From an uncultured Chloroflexia bacterium (lineage in GTDB: Bacteria > Chloroflexota > Chloroflexia > QHBQ01 > JADMIH01), in contig CAWCNY010000002.1 of the NCBI GenBank assembly GCA_963797095.1, positions 64,001 through 128,000 on the forward strand: 64,000 bases of DNA, written 5' to 3'. A program made the position numbers and the translations under genes. The notes under the pieces were generated by a model. It was not told where the DNA came from. It saw only the letters and a list, made by a program, of their open reading frames with translations, and searched no databases. Below, in pieces: positions 10,081 through 20,200 of this stretch; the first letter of the stretch is position 1, and the number at the start of each line of letters is the position of its first letter.

Positions 10081-10200
10081 CCCAAAAACCACCCGAAAGT
10101 ACACCCCAAAACCTGTCCCGTTTTGCCCCACCAATGCCATTAAGTTAACGAGGGCAAGACTAAACACCTTCCCATCAACCCACCAAAATCCCGATCACCG
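10081..10200 (+). repeat. Dispersed intergenic element A, copy 1
   Basis: Core AAAGTACACCCCAAAACCTGTCCCGTTTTGCCCCACCAATGCC...GAGGG...AATCCCGATCA is shared with copies at about 30426, 43338 and 50167 (reverse). Confidence 0.85.
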
Positions 10201-10319
10201 GCTATACCAAAGTACGCAAAGCACGCATCTTTATCCCGATCTTGGAGGCAGACCACCAATGTCATCTATGCTATAATGTGCTTCACCCGCCATACACCGG
10301 GCCATCGGGAGGACTAAAT

Positions 10320-11702
10320 ATGGCTGCATCTCCGGCTGCCGCTCAGGTGGTTGCACCGCAGACGGTGGTTATCGAGGCACGCGACACGCAGGAGCGCATA
10401 CCGTTCCTGGCGGTGGGGTCATGGGCGTTGTACGACTTCGCGAACACGATCTTTTCGCTCAACATCATCAGCACTTATTTCCCGCAATATATCGTGGACG
10501 ATAAGAAGCTGAACGACGCGGTATATGCCTACCCGCAATCGTTCGCGCTTCTGCTGGTTGCGCTGATCATGCCCTTGTTGGGCGCGCTCTCCGATAGGGC
10601 AGGGCGTCGCATCCCCTGGTTGGCGGGCTTTACCTTCCTCTGCATCGCCATGAACCTCGTAATGGGCCTGACGGACAACGTGTGGATCGTCATCGCGGGC
10701 TACGTGGTGGCAAGCATAGGCTACCAGACCGCCCTGGTCTTCTACGATGCGCTCCTGCCGTCGGTAAGCACCACCCTCAACTGGGGAAAGGTATCGGGAC
10801 TGGGCGTGGGGCTTGGCTATGTAGGAGCGCTCTTCGGTGGTCTGGCCGTGACCCTGCTGATCGGTTCGGACGGCAAGAACCACGATGGCTTCATCCCATC
10901 GGCGCTTCTCTTCCTGGTGTTCGCCCTCCCCTGCTTCTTCTTTGTCAAGGAACGGCGAAAGACGAAGGACGAAGGACGAAGGACGGTAACAGTAATAGAG
11001 GAAAGCACACAAGGAACAGAAGCTCACGTATCGCGTATCACGCACCAGGAGCCTTCCGAGCCGATTTCGTGGCGCAACGCCACCACCCAGATATGGCACA
11101 CCATCCAGGACGCCAGGCAGGTGCCGGGCCTTATTCGCTTCCTGGTGGCTAACTTCTTCTATTCGGACGCGCTCAACACCGTGATCATAGCGATGGGTGT
11201 CTATGCAACTCAGGTAATCGGCTTCAAGAGCGCATTTACCGTGCTGGCCCCGGCCATCGTGACGGCGGTGATCGGGTCGTGGTTGTTCGGGCTGGTCACC
11301 GACCGCATCACGTCGAAGCAAAGCCTGATCATCGCGCTGGCATTATGGATAGTAGTGCTGATAGCGGCGATATTCATCACCGATCAGGTGATCTTCCAGT
11401 GGGGCATCGCTACCCTGGCCGGGGTGGCGCTCGGCGGCACCTGGACCGCTGCCCGCACCATGATGGTGGAGCTAAGCCCGCGAGACAAGCTGGGCGAGTT
11501 CATGGGCATCTACAACCTCACGGGCAAGTTCTCGGCGGTGCTGGGGCCGGCCCTGTGGGGCACCACTCTGCTCCTTCTCGACCCCAAGATATATGGGCAT
11601 TTCGCCTACGGCATAGGCATAGGCACGCTTATGCTGATGGTGGTGGTAGGGCTGGCGATCCACCTCGGCACGCCCAATGTGCGCAGGGTGAAGGGACGTT
11701 AG
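10320..11702 (+). CDS. MFS transporter, UMF1/Atg22-like family
   Basis: SWALYDFANT, GALSDRAG, FYDALLP and GKVSGLGVGLGYVG motifs. GGAGG RBS before ATG 10320 and TGcTATAAT at 10269-10277. Confidence 0.85.
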   Translation: MAASPAAAQVVAPQTVVIEARDTQERIPFLAVGSWALYDFANTIFSLNIISTYFPQYIVDDKKLNDAVYAYPQSFALLLVALIMPLLGALSDRAGRRIPWLAGFTFLCIAMNLVMGLTDNVWIVIAGYVVASIGYQTALVFYDALLPSVSTTLNWGKVSGLGVGLGYVGALFGGLAVTLLIGSDGKNHDGFIPSALLFLVFALPCFFFVKERRKTKDEGRRTVTVIEESTQGTEAHVSRITHQEPSEPISWRNATTQIWHTIQDARQVPGLIRFLVANFFYSDALNTVIIAMGVYATQVIGFKSAFTVLAPAIVTAVIGSWLFGLVTDRITSKQSLIIALALWIVVLIAAIFITDQVIFQWGIATLAGVALGGTWTAARTMMVELSPRDKLGEFMGIYNLTGKFSAVLGPALWGTTLLLLDPKIYGHFAYGIGIGTLMLMVVVGLAIHLGTPNVRRVKGR

Positions 11703-11777
11703 TAGGAGGTCAACGCGCTATAGTGGTTCCCGGTTCTGACAACTGGCTCTGACTGCCGAGATTCGACATCCAGCATC

Positions 11778-11806
11778 TTGACAACCCCCCTCCCTTCCGC
11801 TATCAT
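11778..11806 (+). promoter_or_regulatory. Sigma-70 promoter of the serine operon
   Basis: TTGACA-17 bp-TATCAT. Confidence 0.85.
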
Positions 11807-11812
11807 AAACAC

Positions 11813-12080
11813 ATCAGCCGGATAAACAAGAGGCGTTTACTCCGAACATTCCCTCGGAGGAGCCGCGCTTCGGAAACGTGTAACCGCAGACGCAAAGACG
11901 CAGGCGGTAGGCACGACTAAGTTGCGCCGGGAGTTCCCGTTACAGGACTGGGGTATGTCAGCACAGGCGACGAAGCCAGGCAGGAGTACCCGACGAGGCC
12001 GCGATGGCAACTGCGCGGCGAACTGGGGTGGCACCACGAGTATTTTGCTCGTCCTCACATAGAGGGCGGGCGTTTTTGTT
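11813..12080 (+). ncRNA. T-box riboswitch (probably Ser)
   Basis: T-box AACTGGGGTGGCACCACG at 12021-12038, CCGTTA stem-IIA motif, and terminator GCTCGTCCTC-ACATA-GAGGGCGGGC followed by GTTTTT. The UGGC bulge fits a G73 discriminator, as in tRNA-Ser. Confidence 0.88.
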
Positions 12081-12121
12081 AACCCGACGAAAGAAGACAA
12101 GTAGTAAGCGATTGAATAAGC

Positions 12122-12167
12122 AATACGCAGTACGAAATACGCAGTACGAAATACGCAGTACGAAATA
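12122..12167. repeat. Alternating heptamers (AATACGC-AGTACGA)x3
   Basis: Read directly, between the T-box terminator and the serA RBS. Confidence 0.9.
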
Positions 12168-12196
12168 ACTTTCGCCCTTCGTCACGGAGATAAACT

Positions 12197-13981
12197 ATGC
12201 ACAAGATACTGATAACCGAGCCTTTACACGAAGCGGGCGTGAAAGCCCTGGAGCGTGAGTTCGCGGTCGAGATCAAGATGGGGCTGTCCCAGGACGCACT
12301 TGCCCAGATCATCGGGGGCTATGACGGTGTAATCACGCGGTCGGGCACGGCTGTGCGAGCCGATCTCCTGGAAGCAGGGGTGCGCGACGGCGGGCGGCTG
12401 CGCGTGGTTGGTAGGGCAGGCATCGGCGTGGACAATATCGAAATCCAGGCAGCCACCGCCCGAAGCGTGGCCGTCGTAAACGCTCCGATGGGCAACGTGC
12501 GGGCTGCTGCCGAGCACACCATCGCGCTCATGTTCGCCCTTTCCCGCAACATACCCCAGGCACACAACCTCCTGCACGAAGGCGTTTGGGGCAAGAACCA
12601 TTTCATGGGGACCGAGGTGGCCGACAAGACGCTCGGCATCTTCGGGCTTGGCAAGGTGGGCACTCAGGTAGCCCGACGGGGTCTTGCCCTCGATATGCGC
12701 GTGCTGGCTTACGACCCCTTCGTGACGCAGGGGATGGAGGGCGTGGAACTGGTAGCCTTCGATGATCTGCTCCGCCAGGCCGACTACGTAACCCTCCATG
12801 TACCTCTCACCCCTCTCACCACCAACATGATTGGCGAAAGAGAACTTGGCTTGATGAAGCGGACGGCATTCCTCATCAATTGCGCCCGCGGCAAGGCCGT
12901 GGACGAAAAGGCCGTATACGAGGCTTGTAAGTCGGGCGACATCAAGGGCGCGGCCCTTGATGTGTTCGCTTCGGAGCCGCTGAAGGCAAGCCCCCTTCTT
13001 GAGCTGGAAAATGTGATCACGACGCCTCACCTGGGAGGCACAACCCAGGAAGCGATGAGGGCCTCGGCCCTGGAGGTCGCCGGGCAGGTGCGCGCCGTGC
13101 TGCTCGGCGAGTACCCGGCCCACATCCTGAACCCCGAGGTGTTGCTGCCTGTCGCGCCTATTATGCCTTCCACGCTGAATGTGTGGGAAAGCTTCCGCCG
13201 CGTGGTATTCGACTGCAACTCGACCCTCACCCGCATCGAGGGGATAGACGAATTGGCGGCCATGAACGACGTGCCCCACGAGATAGCCGAGATGACGCGC
13301 CGCGCAATGGACGGCGAGATCGCCTTCGAGGAGATATTCGCCCGCAGGCTCGATATCATCAAACCCACGCGCAGGCAGCTATCCGGCATAGGCAAGTTTT
13401 ACGTATCGACGCTGGTGGCTGATGCGGGCGCTGTAACCGAGGCGCTCGAAGCGCTCGGCATCGAAGTGCACATAGTATCGGGCGGCTACAGAGATGCCCT
13501 GCTGCCTGTTGCAGAAAAACTGAAGGTTCCCCAGGAAAGAGTGCACGCCAACGATCTCTACTTCAATGAAAGGGGCGAGTACACCGGTTTTGACCAGGAG
13601 AACCCCCTGTGCAAATCGGGTGGGAAAGCAGAGATAATTAAGCGCTTGCCGAGAGAGCCACGCACAATGCTGATCGGGGATGGAGCCTCGGACGCGGAGG
13701 TAGGGGCGCACGTCGAACTATTCGTGGGTTTCGGAGGCGTAGAAAAAAGGGATGCCGTGCGCAACGTAGCCCCCGTATACCTGAATGGCGAGAGCCTGGC
13801 CCCTCTCCTTGTGATGGCCGCAGGCATGGAGGGCACTTGCACCCTGCTCTCTGACCACCATTACAGGCCGCTGGCGGTAAAGGGCTTATCCATCCTGATG
13901 CGCGAAGGTGAAACCGACTATCGCCCAGAATACAGGCCCTTCTTCGACAGGATAAGGAAGTTTTGCCTGGAAGGAGTGTAA
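12197..13981 (+). CDS. serA: D-3-phosphoglycerate dehydrogenase fused to a C-terminal HAD phosphoserine phosphatase domain
   Basis: GRAGIGVDNI, GLGKVG, INCARG and TPHLGG, then VFDCNSTL..EGIDELA, SGGY and IGDGASD. No ACT domain. Confidence 0.88.
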   Translation: MHKILITEPLHEAGVKALEREFAVEIKMGLSQDALAQIIGGYDGVITRSGTAVRADLLEAGVRDGGRLRVVGRAGIGVDNIEIQAATARSVAVVNAPMGNVRAAAEHTIALMFALSRNIPQAHNLLHEGVWGKNHFMGTEVADKTLGIFGLGKVGTQVARRGLALDMRVLAYDPFVTQGMEGVELVAFDDLLRQADYVTLHVPLTPLTTNMIGERELGLMKRTAFLINCARGKAVDEKAVYEACKSGDIKGAALDVFASEPLKASPLLELENVITTPHLGGTTQEAMRASALEVAGQVRAVLLGEYPAHILNPEVLLPVAPIMPSTLNVWESFRRVVFDCNSTLTRIEGIDELAAMNDVPHEIAEMTRRAMDGEIAFEEIFARRLDIIKPTRRQLSGIGKFYVSTLVADAGAVTEALEALGIEVHIVSGGYRDALLPVAEKLKVPQERVHANDLYFNERGEYTGFDQENPLCKSGGKAEIIKRLPREPRTMLIGDGASDAEVGAHVELFVGFGGVEKRDAVRNVAPVYLNGESLAPLLVMAAGMEGTCTLLSDHHYRPLAVKGLSILMREGETDYRPEYRPFFDRIRKFCLEGV

Positions 13982-13987
13982 TAACAA

Positions 13988-14104
13988 GTGACGAGTGACG
14001 AGTGATAAGAAGCCAACAAATCGCTACTCGCTACTCGTCACTCGCTACTCGTCACTCGCTACTCGCTACTCGCTACTCGCTACTCGCTACTCGTCACTCG
14101 CCAC
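13988..14104. repeat. Inverted heptamer tracts: (GTGACGA)n followed by about 11 copies of CTCGCTA/CTCGTCA
   Basis: Read directly in the spacer between serA and the aminotransferase. Confidence 0.92.
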
Positions 14105-14120
14105 CAAAGAGAGGTAAAGC

Positions 14121-15227
14121 ATGCAACTAAGAATACCCGGCCCCACACCGCTGCCTGACGAAGTGCTGGACGCCATGCACAGGCCCATGATTTCGCACCG
14201 TGGGGCCGAATTCCACGATTTGATGAGAGACGTTACCGAGCGCCTCCAATACTGCTTCGGCACTAAGGGCGATGTGCTCATCTTCCCTGGGGCAGGCACA
14301 GGCGGGCTTGAAGCTGCGATTGCCAACCTCTTTTCGCCTGGAGACAAAGTGCTCTCCGTCACAGTAGGCGCGTTCGGTGAGCGATTCGCCGAGGTCGCGG
14401 AGAGATTCGGGCTTGAAGTCATAAAAGTGGAGTCCCAGTGGGGTAAGCCAGCCGACCTGCCAGGCCTGCGGAAAGCCCTCGAGGCGAGTGGAAATGTGGC
14501 GGGCGTGCTCATGACCCACAATGAGACCTCCACAGGCGTACAAAACGACGTGGAAAGCGTATCACAAATAATAAGGGAACATGGGGCGAATAAAGGATCG
14601 CGACCCCTGCTGGTGGTGGACGCGATTTCCTCGCTTGGCGCGGTGGATATCCCTGTCGATAAGTGGGAAATAGACGTAATAGTCACTGCCTCACAAAAGG
14701 CGTGGATGGCTCCTCCTGGCCTCACAATGCTGTCGGCAAGCGAAAGGGCCTGGCAAGCCAACAAGATAGCGAAACTACCACGTTTCTACTGGGACTTTGG
14801 CGAAGCGAAACGCTTTCTGGCAAAGTGGGAGACACCCTACACTCCCGCCGTATCGCTCCTGTACGGCCTGCAAGCCTCCCTACACCTCATCATGAAGGAG
14901 GGCCTGCAAAACGTCTTCGCCAGGCACAAGCGATTGCGCGACATAGTCAGGGATGGCGCGCGCCGGCTTGGATTCGACACATTTGCCGCAGACGAAGTAG
15001 CCTCTCGCACTGTGACCGCGCTACTACCCCCCGACGGAGTAGCGGCCAAAGAAATAGTGCGCTCGTTGAAAGAGCGCGATATCATAATCACGGGCGGACA
15101 GGGCGCTTACGAAAGCAAAATCATCCGCATAGGACACATGGGCTTCGCCCGCGAAGAAGATATGCAAGAGGTTCTGTCCGCCCTCGGCAATGTCGTGGAT
15201 TCGCTGCGAACTGCGACGGTGGGATAG
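14121..15227 (+). CDS. Class V aminotransferase (alanine-glyoxylate/serine-pyruvate family), probable phosphoserine aminotransferase substitute
   Basis: PGPT, HNETSTG, VDAISS, ASQKAW and RIGHMG motifs; in an operon with serA-serB under a T-box. Confidence 0.85.
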   Translation: MQLRIPGPTPLPDEVLDAMHRPMISHRGAEFHDLMRDVTERLQYCFGTKGDVLIFPGAGTGGLEAAIANLFSPGDKVLSVTVGAFGERFAEVAERFGLEVIKVESQWGKPADLPGLRKALEASGNVAGVLMTHNETSTGVQNDVESVSQIIREHGANKGSRPLLVVDAISSLGAVDIPVDKWEIDVIVTASQKAWMAPPGLTMLSASERAWQANKIAKLPRFYWDFGEAKRFLAKWETPYTPAVSLLYGLQASLHLIMKEGLQNVFARHKRLRDIVRDGARRLGFDTFAADEVASRTVTALLPPDGVAAKEIVRSLKERDIIITGGQGAYESKIIRIGHMGFAREEDMQEVLSALGNVVDSLRTATVG

Positions 15228-15233
15228 TCCCGC

Positions 15234-15758
15234 TCAGCTAATAGAGAACATCGCCCCTTCAAGCTCCAGCAGGCGGCGCTTCATATCCAACCCACCGCCG
15301 TAGCCCGTCAAACTGCCGTCGCTGCCGATTATCCTGTGGCATGGCACGATAATCGGCACAGGGTTCGCGCCATTGGCCGCGCCCACCGCCCGGACCGCAC
15401 TCGGCTGCCCGATCGCGTTGGCTATATCGCGGTAGCTACGCACCTGGGCATAACCAACCCCATACACCTCGTTCCACACCCTCAGCTGAAAAGGCGTACC
15501 CCGCATATCTAATGGCACATCGAACTCCTGCACCTCCCCCGCGAAATAACCCGAAAGCTCCTGCTCCAACCGCGCCACGCGTGGGTCGCCTTCGCCGGAC
15601 GAAATATGCGCCTGCGGTTCCCATTTGCGCGCCCACAACAGGCATTCCCTATGATCATCTTTCGGGAAAAGAAGCAAGGACAATCCCCCATCAGTGAAGA
15701 CCGCCCCGAATTCACCTGCGGGCGTGCCGACCTTGCACACAGTTACTTCCTCTGCCAT
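15234..15758 (-). CDS. ogt: Methylated-DNA-protein-cysteine methyltransferase
   Basis: GTPFQ, RAVGAANGANP and PCHR active site. AGGAG RBS before Met 15758. Confidence 0.92.
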   Translation of the reverse strand: MAEEVTVCKVGTPAGEFGAVFTDGGLSLLLFPKDDHRECLLWARKWEPQAHISSGEGDPRVARLEQELSGYFAGEVQEFDVPLDMRGTPFQLRVWNEVYGVGYAQVRSYRDIANAIGQPSAVRAVGAANGANPVPIIVPCHRIIGSDGSLTGYGGGLDMKRRLLELEGAMFSIS

Positions 15759-15972
15759 CTTATCTCTCCTGCAACAATATCTATCAGTATTAAACAGCAT
15801 AATGGATCGAGGTGCCAGTACGCGAACAAAATACAACCCATGCTACACGAGACAATAAGCACCACCTGGGGCACAGCAATTGGAACGATCCTACAGCCCA
15901 CGCCGTTACAAACTCGCTTATCGGTGCAATTTGCTCCTGGGACAACCTTGAGCCTTTAGCACGACTATGCGC

Positions 15973-16506
15973 TTAGTGCCCATCTGTGTCGTTTTCCGCC
16001 GGGCCTGCTTCGCCTTCCAACCCTACGGCGATCAAGTAGCCTCGCGCACGCTCGGTCAACGGGTAGCGGGCCACCAGCTTCCAGAAGGCAGGCGAATGAT
16101 TAGGCTCAATAAGATGGGCTAGTTCGTGGACAAGCACATAGTCAAGCACCCATAGCGGCATTGCCGCCACGCGGTCGGAAACGCGGATAGTAGCGGTGGA
16201 GGGCGTGCAGGAACCGTAGCGGTGGCGCTGGTTCGTCACCCACTTGATCTCATTGAACCTCAGCTTGTCTCCAAAATGGATGCGATTGAGGGCGGCGGCA
16301 CGCTTCCAGAGATCGGGCAGCTTTCCCTCGGCGCTCCGTACCTTGTGCAGCACCCTCTGGGCCAGGCTATCGACCAGCCTGTGCTCCTCAGAGGCGCTCA
16401 ACCCTTCGGGAACTCGCACAACAAGTGTACCATCTACCATGCGGGCTGACGCTGTTTTGGTGCGGTTTGGCGAGCGTATTATCTCTATTGGCGGCTTATC
16501 ATCCAT
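15973..16506 (-). CDS. DUF45/YgjP-like (M48-type) metal-dependent hydrolase
   Basis: YGSC, DYVLVHELAHL and NHSPAFW motifs. Confidence 0.85.
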   Translation of the reverse strand: MDDKPPIEIIRSPNRTKTASARMVDGTLVVRVPEGLSASEEHRLVDSLAQRVLHKVRSAEGKLPDLWKRAAALNRIHFGDKLRFNEIKWVTNQRHRYGSCTPSTATIRVSDRVAAMPLWVLDYVLVHELAHLIEPNHSPAFWKLVARYPLTERARGYLIAVGLEGEAGPAENDTDGH

Positions 16507-16529
16507 ATATCGGCATACACATCTATCTG

Positions 16530-17597
16530 TTAAGCAAGGATTGCGACCTTCACCTCATCGATTCTCTGTCGAAGCTGCGCAATATCGCGGGCCGAGATGT
16601 TCTGTTGGATCTGGTCCCCTTCGTACATACGGTGCTTGCGGAACGCCAGTTCGGTGGCGAGGTCGAAGAAACGCCCTAATTGCCGCCAACGCCTGACACC
16701 CAACGAGAAAAGCACCGACCACCGTAGAGTCCAGCGCCGGAAGCCCGATATAAGTGTATCGTACTCATCCTTGGTGAAGCGTCCCAGCGATACATCCTCG
16801 ATAAGCGTTTCACGTATAACCTGCGTCTCCCTGATGCCTGATACAAAGGCGACTACTATAATGAATAGTATCCCACCGTAGTCGCTTGCGAGAATGATGA
16901 AACAGGTGCCGATAATACGGTCGGGGGTCTGCTGGTCGGGATCAAGGGTACCAAGCGTGGTAGTAAGGAAATTGTGAACCCCATGGAATATCATGGCAGC
17001 CCCAAGCCCGAGAGCCGGGATGAATCCTCGCTGCCAGCCGCTCTTGAGTGACCGCGCGTATCCCAGGGCCGCACCCGTAAACGCCGTAAACATGCTATGA
17101 TTGAGGCCGAACAGCCCAGCTCGCAAAATCCACAGGCTGAACATACCCCCGATTTGCGGAGCGCTACCATTGGGCACGCCATCATACGCAGCGCTGACCA
17201 GATATAGCACGTTCTCCACGCACGCAAATCCCAGTCCGACCATGGCCCCATAGACCACCCCATCCAGTACGTTATCGAACTCACGCTTATACGCAAGAAA
17301 AAGGATAACCAGGATGATCGCCTTCACACATTCTTCCACAATAGGAGCAACGAGACTGGCGGTGGTGATTTCGCGTGCCTGGTCTGTAGCAAGGATCAAG
17401 TCGATAGGGAAGCCGACCGCTATCTCCAGGACGAGCGCGAGAATCACAGCGGGAATAGCGCCCCATATGAAAGCCACCAACAATAGTGGCAGTGGCTCTT
17501 TCTCATGCCGGTCCAGCCACCACACCAACAACGCATAGATCAGCGTAGGCACAAGCGCGAGGATGGCAGCAATTATTACAACCGAAACAATGTCCAT
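16530..17597 (-). CDS. prsW: PrsW-family intramembrane metalloprotease
   Basis: DRHEKEP, APIVEECVK, GFACVEN and HGVHN motifs. Confidence 0.88.
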   Translation of the reverse strand: MDIVSVVIIAAILALVPTLIYALLVWWLDRHEKEPLPLLLVAFIWGAIPAVILALVLEIAVGFPIDLILATDQAREITTASLVAPIVEECVKAIILVILFLAYKREFDNVLDGVVYGAMVGLGFACVENVLYLVSAAYDGVPNGSAPQIGGMFSLWILRAGLFGLNHSMFTAFTGAALGYARSLKSGWQRGFIPALGLGAAMIFHGVHNFLTTTLGTLDPDQQTPDRIIGTCFIILASDYGGILFIIVVAFVSGIRETQVIRETLIEDVSLGRFTKDEYDTLISGFRRWTLRWSVLFSLGVRRWRQLGRFFDLATELAFRKHRMYEGDQIQQNISARDIAQLRQRIDEVKVAILA

Positions 17598-17770
17598 TAC
17601 AGAATTCGGCTTACAAAAGTACGAAAATGACGGAATCCATTGCGCGTTTCTCTACATGGAGATACTAGAGGATTGTACAATGAGTGCGAACGACCGCGCA
17701 AGAAGGCGAGAATCTTGCATGACTGGCACTCTCTTTGCTATATAAAAGCCGGGAGATGTATAATTTAGCT

Positions 17771-18629
17771 ATGTTAGATATTGATCAAAACAGCAGGCTC
17801 CAGACCGCGGCAGAAACTGGTAGCGCGCCTGTAGTTGCAACTTACGCGCTGAGAAAGCTTTTTGGCGACTTTGCAGCAGTAGACGGGATCGATTTGAGGG
17901 TGCAGCCCGGAGAGGTGTTTGGACTGCTTGGACCGAACGGCGCAGGCAAAACCACCACCATCAAAATGCTTGTGACGCTCCTGACGCCAAGCGAGGGGCG
18001 GGCTACCGTCGACGGGTACGATGTGGTGCGCGAGGCACACGATGTTCGACGCTCAATAGGATACGTTCCGCAGGCGCTCTCGGCGGACGGTAGCCTGACC
18101 GGTATAGAAAATCTCATGGTCTTCGCCAAGCTGTACGACGTACCTCGCAACGAACAAAGGCATCGCGTGAACGAAGCCCTTGAGTTTATGGGACTAACCG
18201 ACGCGGCAGGCCGTATGGTCTACACCTACTCAGGGGGCATGATCCGCAGGCTTGAGATCGCCCAGACTTCTCATCCACAGGCCGCGCGTGCTCTTTCTCG
18301 ATGAGCCGACTATCGGCCTGGACCCCGTGGCCAGGCGTACCGTGTGGAACCACCTCGAAGATATGCGAGAGCAATACGGAACGACCCTCTTTGTGACGAC
18401 CCATTATATGGAAGAAGCGGAGGCTCTTTGCAACCGAATCGCTATCATGAATCGGGGCAAGGTGGCCGCGCTCGATACACCGGTGGGCCTTATAGCCCAG
18501 GTCGGCAAGGAAGACGCCACCTTGGAAGATGCCTTCGCACACTTCACCGGCTCCTATCTGGATTCTGAAACGGGGGGCGGTTGGCGCGAGGCCCGCAGAG
18601 TGCGCAGAACAGCGAACAGGCTTCGGTAG
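17771..18629 (+). CDS. ABC transporter ATP-binding protein (DrrA-like), with a 1-nt frameshift near 18268
   Basis: GPNGAGKT and YSGGM in the first frame; LFLDEPT and TTHYMEEA in the second. Deleting one T restores LEIAQTLIHRPRVLFLDEPT. Confidence 0.85.
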
Positions 18630-18637
18630 CCCACCAT

Positions 18638-18742
18638 CACTCGCCACTCGCCACTCGCCACTCGCCACTCGCTACTCGCCACTCGCCACTCGCCACTCGC
18701 CACTCGCTACTCGCCACTCGCCACTCGCTACTCGCTACTCGT
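18638..18742. repeat. Heptamer tandem repeat (CACTCGC/TACTCGC) x about 15
   Basis: Fills the spacer between the ABC ATPase and permease genes. Confidence 0.95.
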
Positions 18743-18761
18743 CAAGAAAGGCACATAACTT

Positions 18762-19607
18762 ATGACAATGCTCGCCGACAGGACAGGAGAGGTCGGAAGA
18801 CGGACCGCAATGAAGCCTGGGTTCAACCCTGGGCGAGTTGTGCAGTATGCAAAGAAAGTAGTTGCCATCTCACAAATGGAAGTGCAGAAGCTCTTGCACG
18901 ACCAGTGGGACATAGTCACCCGATCCGCGCAGCCCGTATTATGGCTTCTGCTCTTCGGTGGCGTATTCGGCAAGCTCCGTGTGCTACCCGAAGGTATGGG
19001 CAGCTATCTTGATTTCGTAGCGCCTGGCATACTGGCCCAATCGGTGCTTACTATCGCAATCTTTCAAGGGATCACCGCTATCTGGGAGCGAGATCAGGGC
19101 ACGCTCCAAAAATACCTTGTGAGTCCCATGCCCCGGTCGGCTCTGGTGCTGGGCAAGGGATTGGGGTCAGGGGTGCGTGGCATCGTCCAGGCGCTCACTA
19201 TCTCTGTGCTGTCGCTGTTATTGGGCGTGCATCTCCAGTGGAACCCGCTCTCCTGGCTGGGCGCGCTCGTGTTCGTTATGTTGGGTGCTGTATGCTTCGC
19301 CACTATCTCGCTCGTGATCGCGGCCCTTGTGCGCAACAGAGAGCGCGTGCAGGGCCTGGGGCAATTGATCTTGATGCCGTTATTCTTCGCATCTAATGCT
19401 CTTTACCCTATAACACTAATGCCACCCTACGTGGCAGTCCTATCAACACTCAACCCGCTAAGTTACATGGTAGACGCCCTCCGCTCCCTCATGATCGAAG
19501 GCGGCATCACCCATTATGGAATCGTTATTGACATGGTCGTGCTGCTCGTGGTCGATGTGGCTCTCGTATGGCTCGCCGCCAGGCTCTATCCACGAGTTGT
19601 GCAATAG
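18762..19607 (+). CDS. ABC-2 type transporter permease (DrrB-like)
   Basis: QPVLWLLLFG, YLDFVAPGI, MPLFFASNALYP and NPLSYMVDALR motifs. Confidence 0.9.
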   Translation: MTMLADRTGEVGRRTAMKPGFNPGRVVQYAKKVVAISQMEVQKLLHDQWDIVTRSAQPVLWLLLFGGVFGKLRVLPEGMGSYLDFVAPGILAQSVLTIAIFQGITAIWERDQGTLQKYLVSPMPRSALVLGKGLGSGVRGIVQALTISVLSLLLGVHLQWNPLSWLGALVFVMLGAVCFATISLVIAALVRNRERVQGLGQLILMPLFFASNALYPITLMPPYVAVLSTLNPLSYMVDALRSLMIEGGITHYGIVIDMVVLLVVDVALVWLAARLYPRVVQ

Positions 19608-20200
19608 TGTGGATTCGTGGAATTACTCCGCGAAGGACCTGTTTCGTAACCCCAGGTGTGTAAAAGTGGATGTTTTTCGGGGATAAAGTGCGGAGAGTGT
19701 GGATAATGGATGTGCGCAGGATGTGAACGTGCCCTTGCTTCACATCCTTGGATGTGCAGGAGCGTGTGGACGGAATCGTGTAAAAAGTGGCGGCTTTGCA
19801 CATCCACAATTCGTATGATGTGCATAGTTCACCGCCGTTGAGGAAAACCCTGCCCTATTTTACACTGGCCTTACATGCTCAAAACGGTCGATCCGCGCAC
19901 AAATAACACCGGTATCCACGATTCCACATCCCCTACTAAATACGGCTACTCATCCCTCTATATCTATTATGAAATTAAGGGAACCTCTGACCCGATTAAG
20001 GCTCACAGTGTGGAGAAATCTTCCCGGCGAAAATTGTGTTGGATCGAATAGAGTTTAAAGTGGGCACAAACATTCGCCTCCTGGTCGCTTCCCAACCTCC
20101 ATATGACATTTCGCCAGTAGCAATACCCAGGGGTTATCAACCTTATCCACAGGATTGTGTATCTGCTGTTCTGCGTGGGGCAGCCATGATATAATGCCCA
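19608..20200. promoter_or_regulatory. Probable replication origin (oriC), DnaA-box cluster
   Basis: 650-bp non-coding gap before dnaN. Perfect boxes TGTGGATAA (19698) and TTATCCACA (20143), many near-boxes (TGTGGATTC, CGGGGATAA, GTATCCACG, TGTGGAGAA), and a CTACTA/AT-rich tract at 19933-19980. Confidence 0.75.

Noticed and set aside
10081-10200. Element A as a small conserved peptide gene or DGR variable repeat
   Set aside because: Reading frames are not preserved across copies, no reverse transcriptase is in the window, and differences are not clearly adenine-specific.
18529-19012. ORFs with HSPLATR repeats (also at 30467 and the N-terminal extensions at 5848, 53071 and 55031)
   Set aside because: Translation of heptamer tracts; better starts lie downstream.
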